From a virus (lineage: Duplodnaviria; Caudoviricetes), in IMG/VR virus record IMGVR_UViG_3300010048_000017, positions 1-50,630 of that record: 50,630 bases of DNA; one strand, given 5' to 3'. Within the stretch, counting starts at the first letter, position 1. Each line of letters begins with the position of its first letter. Below are positions 35,103-44,080 of this stretch, in pieces. A program made the translations under genes and the position numbers. The notes under the pieces were generated by a model. That model saw nothing but the letters and a program-made list of their open reading frames with translations, had not been told where the DNA came from and searched no databases.

Positions 35103-35401
35103 CAGGCGCGCTCCCCGCCGTACTGCTCGATCAGGTCAGCGCGTGACGCAGCTTCGGCCTCGTCGCGGGTCGCGCCCTCCCCGACAGCGAAGTTGACCCA
35201 CGCCGCGTGCGACGCGCTGCGCTTGGGCATTTCGAGCCGCGCGCCCTCGACGGGCATCACGTCGTCGCCCAGCACGAGCCACGCGTTATCGCCCTCGACA
35301 GCGCTGTCAGGCACCTCGGCGCCGACGCTGTACGCCCGCGCGCCAGTGGAGGGGTCGAAGATGGCCCGCGTCGCGACGTAGTTGTAACCCAGTGGCCGCA
35401 T
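35102..35401 (-). CDS. Hypothetical protein
   Basis: PKRSASHAAWVNFA...SRADLIEQYG motif; GGAG SD. Confidence 0.7.
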   Translation of the reverse strand: MRPLGYNYVATRAIFDPSTGARAYSVGAEVPDSAVEGDNAWLVLGDDVMPVEGARLEMPKRSASHAAWVNFAVGEGATRDEAEAASRADLIEQYGGERA

Positions 35402-35412
35402 GGCTCACGCTC

Positions 35413-35751
35413 CTATGTGCCCAGCACGAAATACTTGACCTCTGACGCGGTGCCGTCGATCGTCACCGAGCACCGCCCGTTGGAGTCGCCCGCGTCAGCG
35501 CGGACGCGCAGCAACAGCCACGCCCCGGCCGCGATCGCATACCGGCGCTTGCCCGGCCCCGTCGCGACACTGCCGGGGTTCAGCCCGTCGTAGGAGAAAT
35601 TGACGCCGAGGTCGAAGTTGTGGCTACCGGCCCCGGTGTTGTTGATCAGCAATTCCGAGCCGGCGGGCACCGTGTCAGCGCTGCCCGTGCCCGTGCGCTG
35701 GTTGGCCACCGCGCCCGCAGTGCCGACAGGATCGCTCGCCCAGTCAGTCAT
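35413..35751 (-). CDS. Hypothetical virion-associated protein
   Basis: GGAG SD; structural operon. Confidence 0.7.
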   Translation of the reverse strand: MTDWASDPVGTAGAVANQRTGTGSADTVPAGSELLINNTGAGSHNFDLGVNFSYDGLNPGSVATGPGKRRYAIAAGAWLLLRVRADAGDSNGRCSVTIDGTASEVKYFVLGT

Positions 35752-35760
35752 CGTGTCTCC

Positions 35761-36597
35761 CTATCCGAACGCATAGAACCGTTCGCCTTCCAGCAATTCA
35801 GCCGCCCGGCCTGGCATGCGGTACTCAGCGCCGATCTGCTGCTCAAACGACGCGAGCTCAGCGAGGTCGGGGTAATCGCTGTCGCCGGTCGTCCACCGTT
35901 GCGTGCCCCACAGATCCCACACGATCTCTAGAACGCCGCTGGTGATGTTGTCAGACGGCACGAGCCTGCCCGCTTGGTACGTCGCGAGCCACGGCCCGAG
36001 CCAAAACGGAATGTAGTTACGCGGGTAACACGTCGCCGCAGCGGGGTTCTGGATCAGGTCAGCGCCCGCCCACACCGGGCCGGAAGGTTGCGCCGACTTG
36101 ATCTGCGTGACCGCCGAGTTCGACGTCAGCGGCCCGTGCGGGCACTGGATGACGGGCTTAGACGCGCCGAGCGCCCCGCCGATCCAGTCGTCAGTGAACG
36201 TGCGCGGGACGATCGTGCCGACGACTTGCTCAGCGAGACGCGTCGCAGACGAGATCAGCAGTTGCAAAATCCGGTCCTTGCGCGTGTCTTGGACGCCGAC
36301 ATACTCGCGGGCCTCGCGGAGGCTGACCGCGGCCAGATAGGCGCGGCACGTCACGTAATCCGTCTGCGGCGTGCCCGGCGTCGTCGTCGCCCAGTCGAAC
36401 CGCCACAGCCCCTCAGCGGGCATCACAAAGTCATACGACAGATGCGACGACGTCGGGGTGATGCTCACGTTCGTGACCGGTTGCGACCCGCCGACCTGCG
36501 TAATGGTCAGGCCCGCTGTCGCCGGCGTGGCCGGGTTGCCGTCCGTGCCGACAACGTCGATCGCGCTCGTGTACACCTGCCCGACCATCACCGGCAT
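35761..36597 (-). CDS. Head-to-tail adaptor with N-terminal Ig-like domain
   Basis: VSLREAREY...LISSATRLAE, YQAG, LWGTQR, AAELL gp6-like pattern. Confidence 0.75.
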   Translation of the reverse strand: MPVMVGQVYTSAIDVVGTDGNPATPATAGLTITQVGGSQPVTNVSITPTSSHLSYDFVMPAEGLWRFDWATTTPGTPQTDYVTCRAYLAAVSLREAREYVGVQDTRKDRILQLLISSATRLAEQVVGTIVPRTFTDDWIGGALGASKPVIQCPHGPLTSNSAVTQIKSAQPSGPVWAGADLIQNPAAATCYPRNYIPFWLGPWLATYQAGRLVPSDNITSGVLEIVWDLWGTQRWTTGDSDYPDLAELASFEQQIGAEYRMPGRAAELLEGERFYAFG

Positions 36598-36599
36598 TT

Positions 36600-38687
36600 C
36601 TAGGCTCCCATCGTCGCGCCAGCACCCGCACCCGACAGCACAGCAGTCGCGCCCGGTTCGTCGATCGTGGCCGACGCGCCCGCGCGGCTCGAGACAGCGT
36701 GCGCCCCATCGCCCGTGCCGACTGTCGCCGATCCCCCGAGCACGCTCGCCCGCGTTTGCGCCGCCGGCCGGTCAGCGACCGCTTGTGCCAGCGCCGCTGC
36801 AACGACGGGCGCGACCCGAACGGCCGGCGGCAGTGCCCCCGCCGACGCTTGCGCGAGCCCCGCCAGCGCCAGTTTTCCAGCCGACACACTTGCGGGCGGC
36901 GCAGTCGCGGACGCCTGCGCAAGCGACGCATTGATGAGCACGAGCAGCGCGGCGGGCTGGCCGAGGGCGCCGCTTGTCGCGACGCCCGCGTTGGGCGCAA
37001 CGGCGCTCCCCGGTCCCAGCCCTAGCCCGTTGGCCGTAGCACAGCCAGCGAGCGCATTCGACCCGACGCTGATCGCCGGTTGCGGTGCTGCCGCAGCGGC
37101 GGTCGCGGTCGGGGCTGTCGCGTTGACTCGTGTCGTTGCTGGCTGGCCAACAGCGCCAGCGGTCGCGCACGACGCCTGAGCGTTCGTGACGTTCGCAGAG
37201 GTGGCCGTCGTGCCCGCTGCGCTCGTGCTCGCGGTCGCAACACCACCGTTGACGGTGATCGCCGGCGTCGTTATCCCACCGACAGCCGACGCCGTGGCGG
37301 GGGCCGCGCCGGCGATCACCGACCCCTGAGCGGAGGGTGCTACAGCCCCGCCCGTTGGGGTAGCGGCGTGGGCCGCGACGATCGACGATACACCCGGCGC
37401 TGTAGCGCCCGCAGTCGCACAGCCGGCGCTCGCTTGGGTGATCACAGCGGTCGTGACTGTCGTCCCGGTCGCTGTCGCGGATCCGGTCGCCGTCCCCGCG
37501 TTCGGCGCGACGATCGGGGTGGCGCTGGGAGCGACAGCCCCCGCCTGCGACACACCAGGGTTGACAAGCATCAACGGGGCCGGGGCGGGCGCTGACGCTG
37601 CTGCTTGGGCCAGCCCAGCAGGCGGCGCGATCGTCTTGCCAGGTGCGGGCGCGGATCCGCTCGCTGTCGCCGATCCCGCCGAGGGCGCGACGATGCTCGA
37701 CGGGGCCGGCGCGGTCGCCCCAGCGGTAGCAGGGCCAGCGGGCGGCGAGATCAGCGCAGCAGCAGCCGGCGCGGTCGCCCCAGCGGTCGCACAACCAGCG
37801 TTGACCAAGACGACAGTCGCGGGCGCGGGCGCGGTCGCTGCCGCAGTCGGGCTCGCAGCAGCCGGCGCGACGATCGTGCCCGGCGCGGGTGCTGTCGCCG
37901 ATCCCGTGCCCGTGCCAGCGGGCGCGTTCGTCGCAGTCGTGAGCGCTTTGAACGCCCACGCATAGCCCTTAGTGACGACCGCCGGCCCGCCCCAGCGCGT
38001 CACCGACGACTGAGCGACCCCGCCCGTGCCGGTGCCTAGCTTGTCGTACGCCGACCATGTGAACGCCGACGTCGTGATGCTGACCGAATAGACCATCTGA
38101 TACGGCGGGTCAACCGTTGGGCACCCGCCGCCGAACTGCGTCGTGCCCATCACGATGAGCATGTCGCCGTCTTGCGTCGGCGTCAGCGGCAGGCTCAGCG
38201 AGTTCGCAGTGCCGCTCGACGTGATCGTGCCTTGCACGTCGAGCGCGCCCACGCCCGGCGCGCACGTCCCGTTGATCGTGATGTTGCCGCTGACGGCGTT
38301 GCTTGTGATCGTGATCGTGTCAGCAGCAGTCAGCGGCGCTGTCGGCCCGCCGCCCGGCCCCCCGGTCGCGCCGGGGCAGCGGAACACGCCGAATTGCGGC
38401 GCCGGGGTGACGAACGCGTCGAGCACGTACGTGTTGCCCTGACTGTCCACAGCCGCGGTTGGCGTCTTGGTGGTGTTGTTCACCTGATAGGCGATCAGCA
38501 GCGTGTCGCCCGCGTTCGTCGTCGCAGTGACCGGGTACGTCGTCGAGCCAAGCGAGCCGGTGCTCTGCCCTTGCGCGAACAGATACGGCGCCGGCCCCGA
38601 GCCCAGCCCGACATAGGTCGCGTCGAACCGCTGGGTCAGCGTGCCCGGCGTGATCCTGCTCGCCGGCGCTCCCGCGAGCAGCGGCAC
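36600..38687 (-). CDS. Ala/Thr/Pro-rich repetitive protein, possible head fibre
   Basis: Beta-rich N-terminal domain then about 430 aa of AGxATAxAxAP-type repeats. Confidence 0.7.
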   Translation of the reverse strand: MPLLAGAPASRITPGTLTQRFDATYVGLGSGPAPYLFAQGQSTGSLGSTTYPVTATTNAGDTLLIAYQVNNTTKTPTAAVDSQGNTYVLDAFVTPAPQFGVFRCPGATGGPGGGPTAPLTAADTITITSNAVSGNITINGTCAPGVGALDVQGTITSSGTANSLSLPLTPTQDGDMLIVMGTTQFGGGCPTVDPPYQMVYSVSITTSAFTWSAYDKLGTGTGGVAQSSVTRWGGPAVVTKGYAWAFKALTTATNAPAGTGTGSATAPAPGTIVAPAAASPTAAATAPAPATVVLVNAGCATAGATAPAAAALISPPAGPATAGATAPAPSSIVAPSAGSATASGSAPAPGKTIAPPAGLAQAAASAPAPAPLMLVNPGVSQAGAVAPSATPIVAPNAGTATGSATATGTTVTTAVITQASAGCATAGATAPGVSSIVAAHAATPTGGAVAPSAQGSVIAGAAPATASAVGGITTPAITVNGGVATASTSAAGTTATSANVTNAQASCATAGAVGQPATTRVNATAPTATAAAAAPQPAISVGSNALAGCATANGLGLGPGSAVAPNAGVATSGALGQPAALLVLINASLAQASATAPPASVSAGKLALAGLAQASAGALPPAVRVAPVVAAALAQAVADRPAAQTRASVLGGSATVGTGDGAHAVSSRAGASATIDEPGATAVLSGAGAGATMGA

Positions 38688-38695
38688 GTCAGCCC

Positions 38696-39286
38696 CTAAC
38701 TGTAAAGGTGCTCAACTAGGAACCGGTTGCACTGGATCGTCGCGTTCGCGCCGGCGAGCGTGCCGCGCAGCATGATCGGCATCGACACTGTCGTGTCAAC
38801 CGCCGCTGCGGTATCGCCCGCCGACAGCGGCGCGGGCAAGTCGAGCCCCGCCGTCGCAGCCAGCGTGCTCGGGTTGGCGGGCAGCGCCCCGCCAGCGTTG
38901 AACAAGCGCAGATGCCCGAAGCTGCTGAACGTGTTGCCCGTCTTGGCGATCTCAATGACCGTGTGCCACGACTCCCACAGCCATTGAATGCCGGTCAGCA
39001 CTGTCGTCCCTGTTGTGATCCCCGGAGGCGTGACGAGCGTCGTCGGACCCGAGCCCGCCGCGGCGAAGATCGTCGCCGTCGTCGATGTCGCTGTCGTCGT
39101 CAAGATCCCGCTCGCGGTGAGGCGCAACGTCGCCCCGTAATACAGGTATTGGGTGCCGACGCTAAAGTCAGCCGGCCCGGTCGCCTGCGGGCTGACCGTC
39201 GCTGTCGTCGCCGTGTTGAGCACGGTGCCCGCTGCGGTCTGCCACGGACGACCCCAATTCAGCAGTACGCCAAGCCCGACCGGCAT
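38696..39286 (-). CDS. Hypothetical virion-associated protein
   Basis: GAGGGG SD; Thr/Ala-rich beta composition. Confidence 0.7.
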   Translation of the reverse strand: MPVGLGVLLNWGRPWQTAAGTVLNTATTATVSPQATGPADFSVGTQYLYYGATLRLTASGILTTTATSTTATIFAAAGSGPTTLVTPPGITTGTTVLTGIQWLWESWHTVIEIAKTGNTFSSFGHLRLFNAGGALPANPSTLAATAGLDLPAPLSAGDTAAAVDTTVSMPIMLRGTLAGANATIQCNRFLVEHLYS

Positions 39287-39295
39287 GTCAGCCCC

Positions 39296-39793
39296 TCACG
39301 CCACCGTGCAAGTGATCCGCCACACGCCATTAGCAGACCAAACAACGGTGAATGTGCCATTTGTGACGCTATTGGTCCCGCCAAAATAATTGAAACAAAT
39401 TCCCTGGTCAGCGACCGGCGCGGTCAGCGTGTCATCGTAGAACAAGTCACCGAACACGCTCGCGAGCGTCGCCGCGCTGCCGCTTGACGTGTTGCTCGCA
39501 GTGAACCACACCGCCGCTGCGGTGTCGTTAAAGTGCGTCGTCCCAGACCCGCCCGAGATCGCCACCCCGCCGGCGGCCCACTGCCCCGACTGGCTGACCT
39601 CGTTCGCAGTCAGCCATTGCGACGACCCAGCGTTGTACGCGGACAGCGCCGCTGTGACGTTCTGATCGGGCGTGATGCTGTTGTTGTACAGCGCGACCTT
39701 CGGCACGTCGGTGCCGAAGTTGAGCGATGTCTGCGTGCGTGTCAGGCAGTCAGCGATCCACTGCCGGAACATCGCGCTCCCCGACCACGCCAT
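39296..39793 (-). CDS. Conserved phage structural-type protein
   Basis: KVALY..NEVS..W.AGG..TNGTFTVVW pattern. Confidence 0.72.
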   Translation of the reverse strand: MAWSGSAMFRQWIADCLTRTQTSLNFGTDVPKVALYNNSITPDQNVTAALSAYNAGSSQWLTANEVSQSGQWAAGGVAISGGSGTTHFNDTAAAVWFTASNTSSGSAATLASVFGDLFYDDTLTAPVADQGICFNYFGGTNSVTNGTFTVVWSANGVWRITCTVA

Positions 39794-39795
39794 GA

Positions 39796-40125
39796 CTACT
39801 TGCCCGCCTTCCTGCCCCGCGAGGCGCTCGTGCCCGCCGTCGCCGTGCCCGCCTGCGCGGTGACGACGACGATCCGGGGCGGTGGTGGCGTATCGCCGGC
39901 GAGCTCAGCCCACCGATCACGCTCAGACTCAGCTGCGGTCAGCGCTTGCTCAGCGGCGTCGAGCGCGCCCTGCGCCCCCGCCATCTGCGCGGCGTGCTGA
40001 TCCGCGAGATCTGCGAGCGCTTGCCGTGCGCCGTCCCGCGCGGCAGTCGCGGCAGCAACGATGTCGTCGTGGTGCTGCGCAGCCGCGGCGGCGAACTCCG
40101 GGGTCACCTCGTCGGGTTCGCTCAT
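39796..40125 (-). CDS. Ala-rich coiled-coil hypothetical protein
   Basis: AGGAG SD; ATGA overlap. Confidence 0.65.
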   Translation of the reverse strand: MSEPDEVTPEFAAAAAQHHDDIVAAATAARDGARQALADLADQHAAQMAGAQGALDAAEQALTAAESERDRWAELAGDTPPPPRIVVVTAQAGTATAGTSASRGRKAGK

Positions 40126-40436
40126 CTGATGACTCCTGTCGCGCACGGCGCGAACACCGTGCAGTCTTGCCCGTCGTCGCGGGTCGTGATCACGTTCATA
40201 TACGGCTGGCCGTCAGCGGGCGCGGTCTGCACGTCGTCGCCGTTGACGTAGTCCTCACGCAGATGCGCCTCGATCTTGCAGCGGGTGCCCCGCTCAACAA
40301 GCGGCACCGTCAGCCCGTGCGTGCCCGCGCACTGGTGGAACTGCGTATGCGGGCGCGGCTCGAGAGTGCGCGCGACAGTCGGGCAGTTCGGGCACTCCCA
40401 GAACGTCTCGCGGATCAGCAGCGGGACAGCGGTCAC
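40122..40436 (-). CDS. Zn-ribbon hypothetical protein
   Basis: WECPNC...HTQFHQC; GTGA overlap. Confidence 0.7.
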   Translation of the reverse strand: MTAVPLLIRETFWECPNCPTVARTLEPRPHTQFHQCAGTHGLTVPLVERGTRCKIEAHLREDYVNGDDVQTAPADGQPYMNVITTRDDGQDCTVFAPCATGVIR

Positions 40437-40741
40437 GACGTCGTCGAGGCGGGCGGGCTGGTCGTCTGCGACTGCCGTGCGCGCGGGCTCTTGCGCGCTT
40501 TCGGCGGGGTGCTCGCTGCTGTCTCATCGCCAGCGGCAGCAGCAGCACGAGCCTCCGCAGCGGGCGCAGTCTCGCCCGCCGGCGCTTTCGGTGCCTGGTC
40601 GGTCATCGGTACGCCTCTCTCGTCGAGCCCCAGCGCCGCGAGGCGCTTGCGATACACCTCTTGCGCGGTGCCGTTGCCGTGCGCCACAGCGAGGTCATAC
40701 GCGCCAACAAGATCAGCGACGTCGCCTAGTCCCATGACCAT
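40433..40741 (-). CDS. Hypothetical protein
   Basis: TGATG coupling at 40741, in the frame of ORF 40433-40921. Confidence 0.6.
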   Translation of the reverse strand: MVMGLGDVADLVGAYDLAVAHGNGTAQEVYRKRLAALGLDERGVPMTDQAPKAPAGETAPAAEARAAAAAGDETAASTPPKARKSPRARQSQTTSPPASTTS

Positions 40742-40959
40742 CACGCCCACTGCAACGAGCGCCCGACCGACGCGGCGATCTTGTTCGCGCGCTGCGCTGC
40801 CGCGCCCGAACCGCCGGCGATCGTAAACACGTTCGCTGCGTGTATGAGTTGGTTCTGTGCGTACGGCGCGAGATTGCTGATGCCCGTGACGTTCTTGCCG
40901 TACGTCGTCGTATTCGTCCACGCCCCGCCAGTGGTGGGCTTGACCTGCGTCTGCGCCAT
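40741..40959 (-). CDS. Small hypothetical protein after the capsid gene
   Basis: AAAGG SD. Confidence 0.65.
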   Translation of the reverse strand: MAQTQVKPTTGGAWTNTTTYGKNVTGISNLAPYAQNQLIHAANVFTIAGGSGAAAQRANKIAASVGRSLQWA

Positions 40960-40998
40960 TGAGGGAACAACCTTTCGTTGTGAGCGGGCGAGCGGGCA

Positions 40999-41032
40999 GG
41001 CGGGCTCGCGTCGTGAGCAGCGCGAGCCCGCC
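40999..41032 (-). terminator. Hairpin downstream of the major capsid gene
   Basis: GGCGGGCTCGCG / CGCGAGCCCGCC stem. Confidence 0.55.
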
Positions 41033-41060
41033 CGCGCGTCTGTACGGGGCTGTCAGCGCG

Positions 41061-42602
41061 TCAGAATGTCGGCGCGATCATCCCCGTGCCGTTGACCTTC
41101 TGCATCGCGTTCGCGTACCTGCCGAACGTATAGGCCATGTAGCCGTACACCACGAGCAGCACGCCCAAGTTGGCCGCGCTGGGCTGCTCAGCCCTGATGT
41201 ACAGCGGGGCGTTGGGCTCCTCCCACAGGTGGCACTCGCGGGAGGGCACGACATAGAGTTCGTCCTCTGTGCCCGCGCCGAGGGTCGTGCCGATGTTGTT
41301 ATCGACGACGACCGACAAGCCGACCGGCAGCCGGCCCCGGACCCCGGAGTTGTACGACGACCCCGCGTCGAGCGCGCCGATGTTGTACTGCTCCATCGTG
41401 CCGGGGGCCATCGTGTTGATCATCGGCCATGTGCTGGACATCTGCGACGCCAGCCAGTACCACCGCCGCGAGTGCATCACCGCGTAATCGGGTGAGCCCA
41501 TCGCCAGCAGGGCAGCCTCAACCCCGGAGCACGCGCCGAGAATCTTCGGGTACAGCAGCGCGCCCGTGGGCGAAGCGGACACGAACGCCACAGACGTTGC
41601 GACCGCGCTCAGCCCGGTCACCGCCTGCGTGATCAGCGTCGCGTCGAGCACCGTCGCGTACCGGGAGAACAGGTCTTGCATCGTGACGTCCTCGGTCCCG
41701 GTGCCGCGGTCGATCGCCTGACGCGACATGCGCTGCTGCCCCGCGATGGTCTGCACGGGGATCGTCAGCAGCGTGTCGTCGAGCGTCGTCGCAGACGCGG
41801 GGTCGAGCTCGTTCGCCTGCAAGGCCGCGCTCGTGGCCGTGGTGATCCGGCTGATGTCGATCGCCATGCCGTTCGGCGGCAGCGGGTGATGGTTGCACAC
41901 GTCCGCGAACGGGCGCAGACCCGCGATCGCCGGCGCATACAGGTCGGTGAGGTACTGCGGCACCGTCAGGCCGGCGAAGTTGCCCGTTGTGGTGTCGCCG
42001 GCGGCCCGCTCCAACTGGCCCGCCATGCGCTCCACTCGTTCCTCAGCCATGTGCCGCGCGAGACGCTGTGACGCGTGCGCGTCGTTGCTGGTGAACTGCC
42101 GGGCAACGTCCATGATGAACTGCCGCCCGTACGGGTCGCTCTGCCTGCTGTACTGGCGCGGCTCACTGCCGATGCGCGCAACCTGATCGTAGGCGGGGAT
42201 GCCCCGCTGCCGCGCGTTCGCGTGATCAGCCTGCGTCGCGACGCCCGTGCCAGGCGGCGCGGGGATCGACAGCGGAGCAGTGCCGTCGCTGCTGATCGGT
42301 GCGCCGGCGGGTACGAGCACCGCACCGCGCGCCTGATAGTCGGCGTCCTCCGACTCCAGGTCACGCAGATCAGCGATCTTGGCCTTGACGCCCTCGATGT
42401 CACTGCGGGCCTGATCGCGGCGCGACCGCGCCGCCGCGACCTTCTGAGTCTCGTCTTGGGTCAGCGACGCGCGGCCCTCGCTGCGCGCCGTCTCCAGAAT
42501 GTATGCGACCTCAGCGCGGGCGAGGTCGCGTCGGTGGTTCGCTGCGTCGAGCTCAACCTGCGCTGACGCGAGCAACTTGCTGACGGTCGGGTTGCCGTCC
42601 AT
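41061..42602 (-). CDS. Major capsid protein (HK97 fold) with N-terminal scaffold/delta domain
   Basis: Coiled-coil N-terminus, GLTVPQYL, VMHSRRW, GRLPVGLSVVVDNNI; GGAGG SD before ATG 42602. Confidence 0.9.
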   Translation of the reverse strand: MDGNPTVSKLLASAQVELDAANHRRDLARAEVAYILETARSEGRASLTQDETQKVAAARSRRDQARSDIEGVKAKIADLRDLESEDADYQARGAVLVPAGAPISSDGTAPLSIPAPPGTGVATQADHANARQRGIPAYDQVARIGSEPRQYSRQSDPYGRQFIMDVARQFTSNDAHASQRLARHMAEERVERMAGQLERAAGDTTTGNFAGLTVPQYLTDLYAPAIAGLRPFADVCNHHPLPPNGMAIDISRITTATSAALQANELDPASATTLDDTLLTIPVQTIAGQQRMSRQAIDRGTGTEDVTMQDLFSRYATVLDATLITQAVTGLSAVATSVAFVSASPTGALLYPKILGACSGVEAALLAMGSPDYAVMHSRRWYWLASQMSSTWPMINTMAPGTMEQYNIGALDAGSSYNSGVRGRLPVGLSVVVDNNIGTTLGAGTEDELYVVPSRECHLWEEPNAPLYIRAEQPSAANLGVLLVVYGYMAYTFGRYANAMQKVNGTGMIAPTF

Positions 42603-42653
42603 GAATACGCCCTCCATAGGCATGCTGAATTGGAACCGGGGGGCGCACGCCTC

Positions 42654-42726
42654 GCCGCTGTGACTGGCGGCAGATCTAGCCCGCTGTGACTGGCGGGTCT
42701 GACACGAGCGCTATGACTGGCGCTCG
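42654..42726 (-). repeat. Three tandem hairpins with a conserved loop in the capsid leader
   Basis: CGCTRTGACTGGCG three times (plus strand), each closed by a different outer stem. Confidence 0.85.
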
Positions 42727-42736
42727 CGCGGTGTGC

Positions 42737-44080
42737 TCAGACCGCGAGCCCTGCGTCAACATCGCGATCGTCGTCGCTTTGCAGCAGTTCAGCGGCCATC
42801 TCGACGCTCAGCCCTGTGACCGGGGCGGGCATCGATGCTTGTGAGTCGGGCTCGGGCGCGGCGTTGCCGTGCGCGTGCCCGTGGTCGCCGTCGCCGGCGT
42901 GAGTGTGCGAGTGCGTGTGCTGCCAGTCGCCGCCCTGCGTGCCGTTGGCCGCGTGCGCGTGCGAGTGCTCGCCAGTGAAGTCGCCGTGAGTGCCGCCGCC
43001 CGCGCGGGACATCACGAGCGCGACGTCGTCGCGGCCCGCGAGCAACGGCACGACGTCGCCCAGATCGCCCCGCATCTGCAACTGCACGACCGCTGCCCGG
43101 GCCGCGCCCAGCGGCAGGCGTTGCAGGTCAGCCAAGATCTGCGGGGCGCGCGCGCCGATCGAGGTAAAGGGGTTGGCGCCGTAGTTGACGGCGCTGACGT
43201 CGCCCCGGTGTATGTCGGCCTCGTAGATCGTGAACTTGTCGTACTGCTCGTTCCACCCGCCGGCCTCCAGGTAGAACGCGAACGACATTTCGGTGATCAG
43301 TTCGTCGTCGATCGCGCTGACAAGATCACGCACGTCGTTGCGATTCATGTTCAGCCGCGCCCGCGCCCCGAGGCCCGTCGAGTCAGCCCACAGCGTCAGC
43401 GACGGGTTATCACCCGTCGTGCGCGCCATCGTCATCCCGCGATGGTTCAGCAAAAACGACGTGTCGAGATCGTCGCGGGCAAGCGACGCGTCGAACGCGC
43501 TCGCCTTGATCACCTCGTCGTACGGCCCCCACATGTCATACATCGTGTAAGGGGTATCGACGACAGACGCGTACCCCTCCACCTCGTAGAACTCGTGACC
43601 GCCGAGTTTGATCGTCTTGGCGCGCAGCTTCCCGATAAACACCGGCTCGCGCCGCTCCAGCCGGAACGGCACATGACGCGCGTCGCCGTTGAGGCCCGCC
43701 ATGCGCGCCTGACCCGCTGCTGCCGACTCGGCGTTCTGGATCGTGGTCAAGTGAGCCTCCAAATGGGACGTTGCCGCCTGAGTGTTCGTCAGGCCGTTCG
43801 TCTTAGGGATCGACGACAGCGCCGACCGGACGCCGTTCGCGTTCGGCGGGTCGCCCGGGTGCTTGTGATGGGGCAGCGCCCACGCCTCTTGGGTGCTCGT
43901 GTCGCCGGCCTTCTTGCCGGCGCAGATCGATGCAAAGCACGACGCCGGGGTGTCCGATGCGGTGCAAGCGCTCATCGCCGCCGGCCCGTCCCACGTCGAA
44001 TTGTCAACAGCAGCCCTGACCGCGGTCATCGTCACGGCGCTCCTGGTGCGCCCGTGGCAGTCGAGACAGTCGTCAGTCAT
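42737..44080 (-). CDS. HK97-family prohead protease with extra N-terminal domain and His-rich C-terminus
   Basis: EGYASV, FLLNH, EMSFAF, DVSAVNYGANP. Confidence 0.9.
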   Translation of the reverse strand: MTDDCLDCHGRTRSAVTMTAVRAAVDNSTWDGPAAMSACTASDTPASCFASICAGKKAGDTSTQEAWALPHHKHPGDPPNANGVRSALSSIPKTNGLTNTQAATSHLEAHLTTIQNAESAAAGQARMAGLNGDARHVPFRLERREPVFIGKLRAKTIKLGGHEFYEVEGYASVVDTPYTMYDMWGPYDEVIKASAFDASLARDDLDTSFLLNHRGMTMARTTGDNPSLTLWADSTGLGARARLNMNRNDVRDLVSAIDDELITEMSFAFYLEAGGWNEQYDKFTIYEADIHRGDVSAVNYGANPFTSIGARAPQILADLQRLPLGAARAAVVQLQMRGDLGDVVPLLAGRDDVALVMSRAGGGTHGDFTGEHSHAHAANGTQGGDWQHTHSHTHAGDGDHGHAHGNAAPEPDSQASMPAPVTGLSVEMAAELLQSDDDRDVDAGLAV

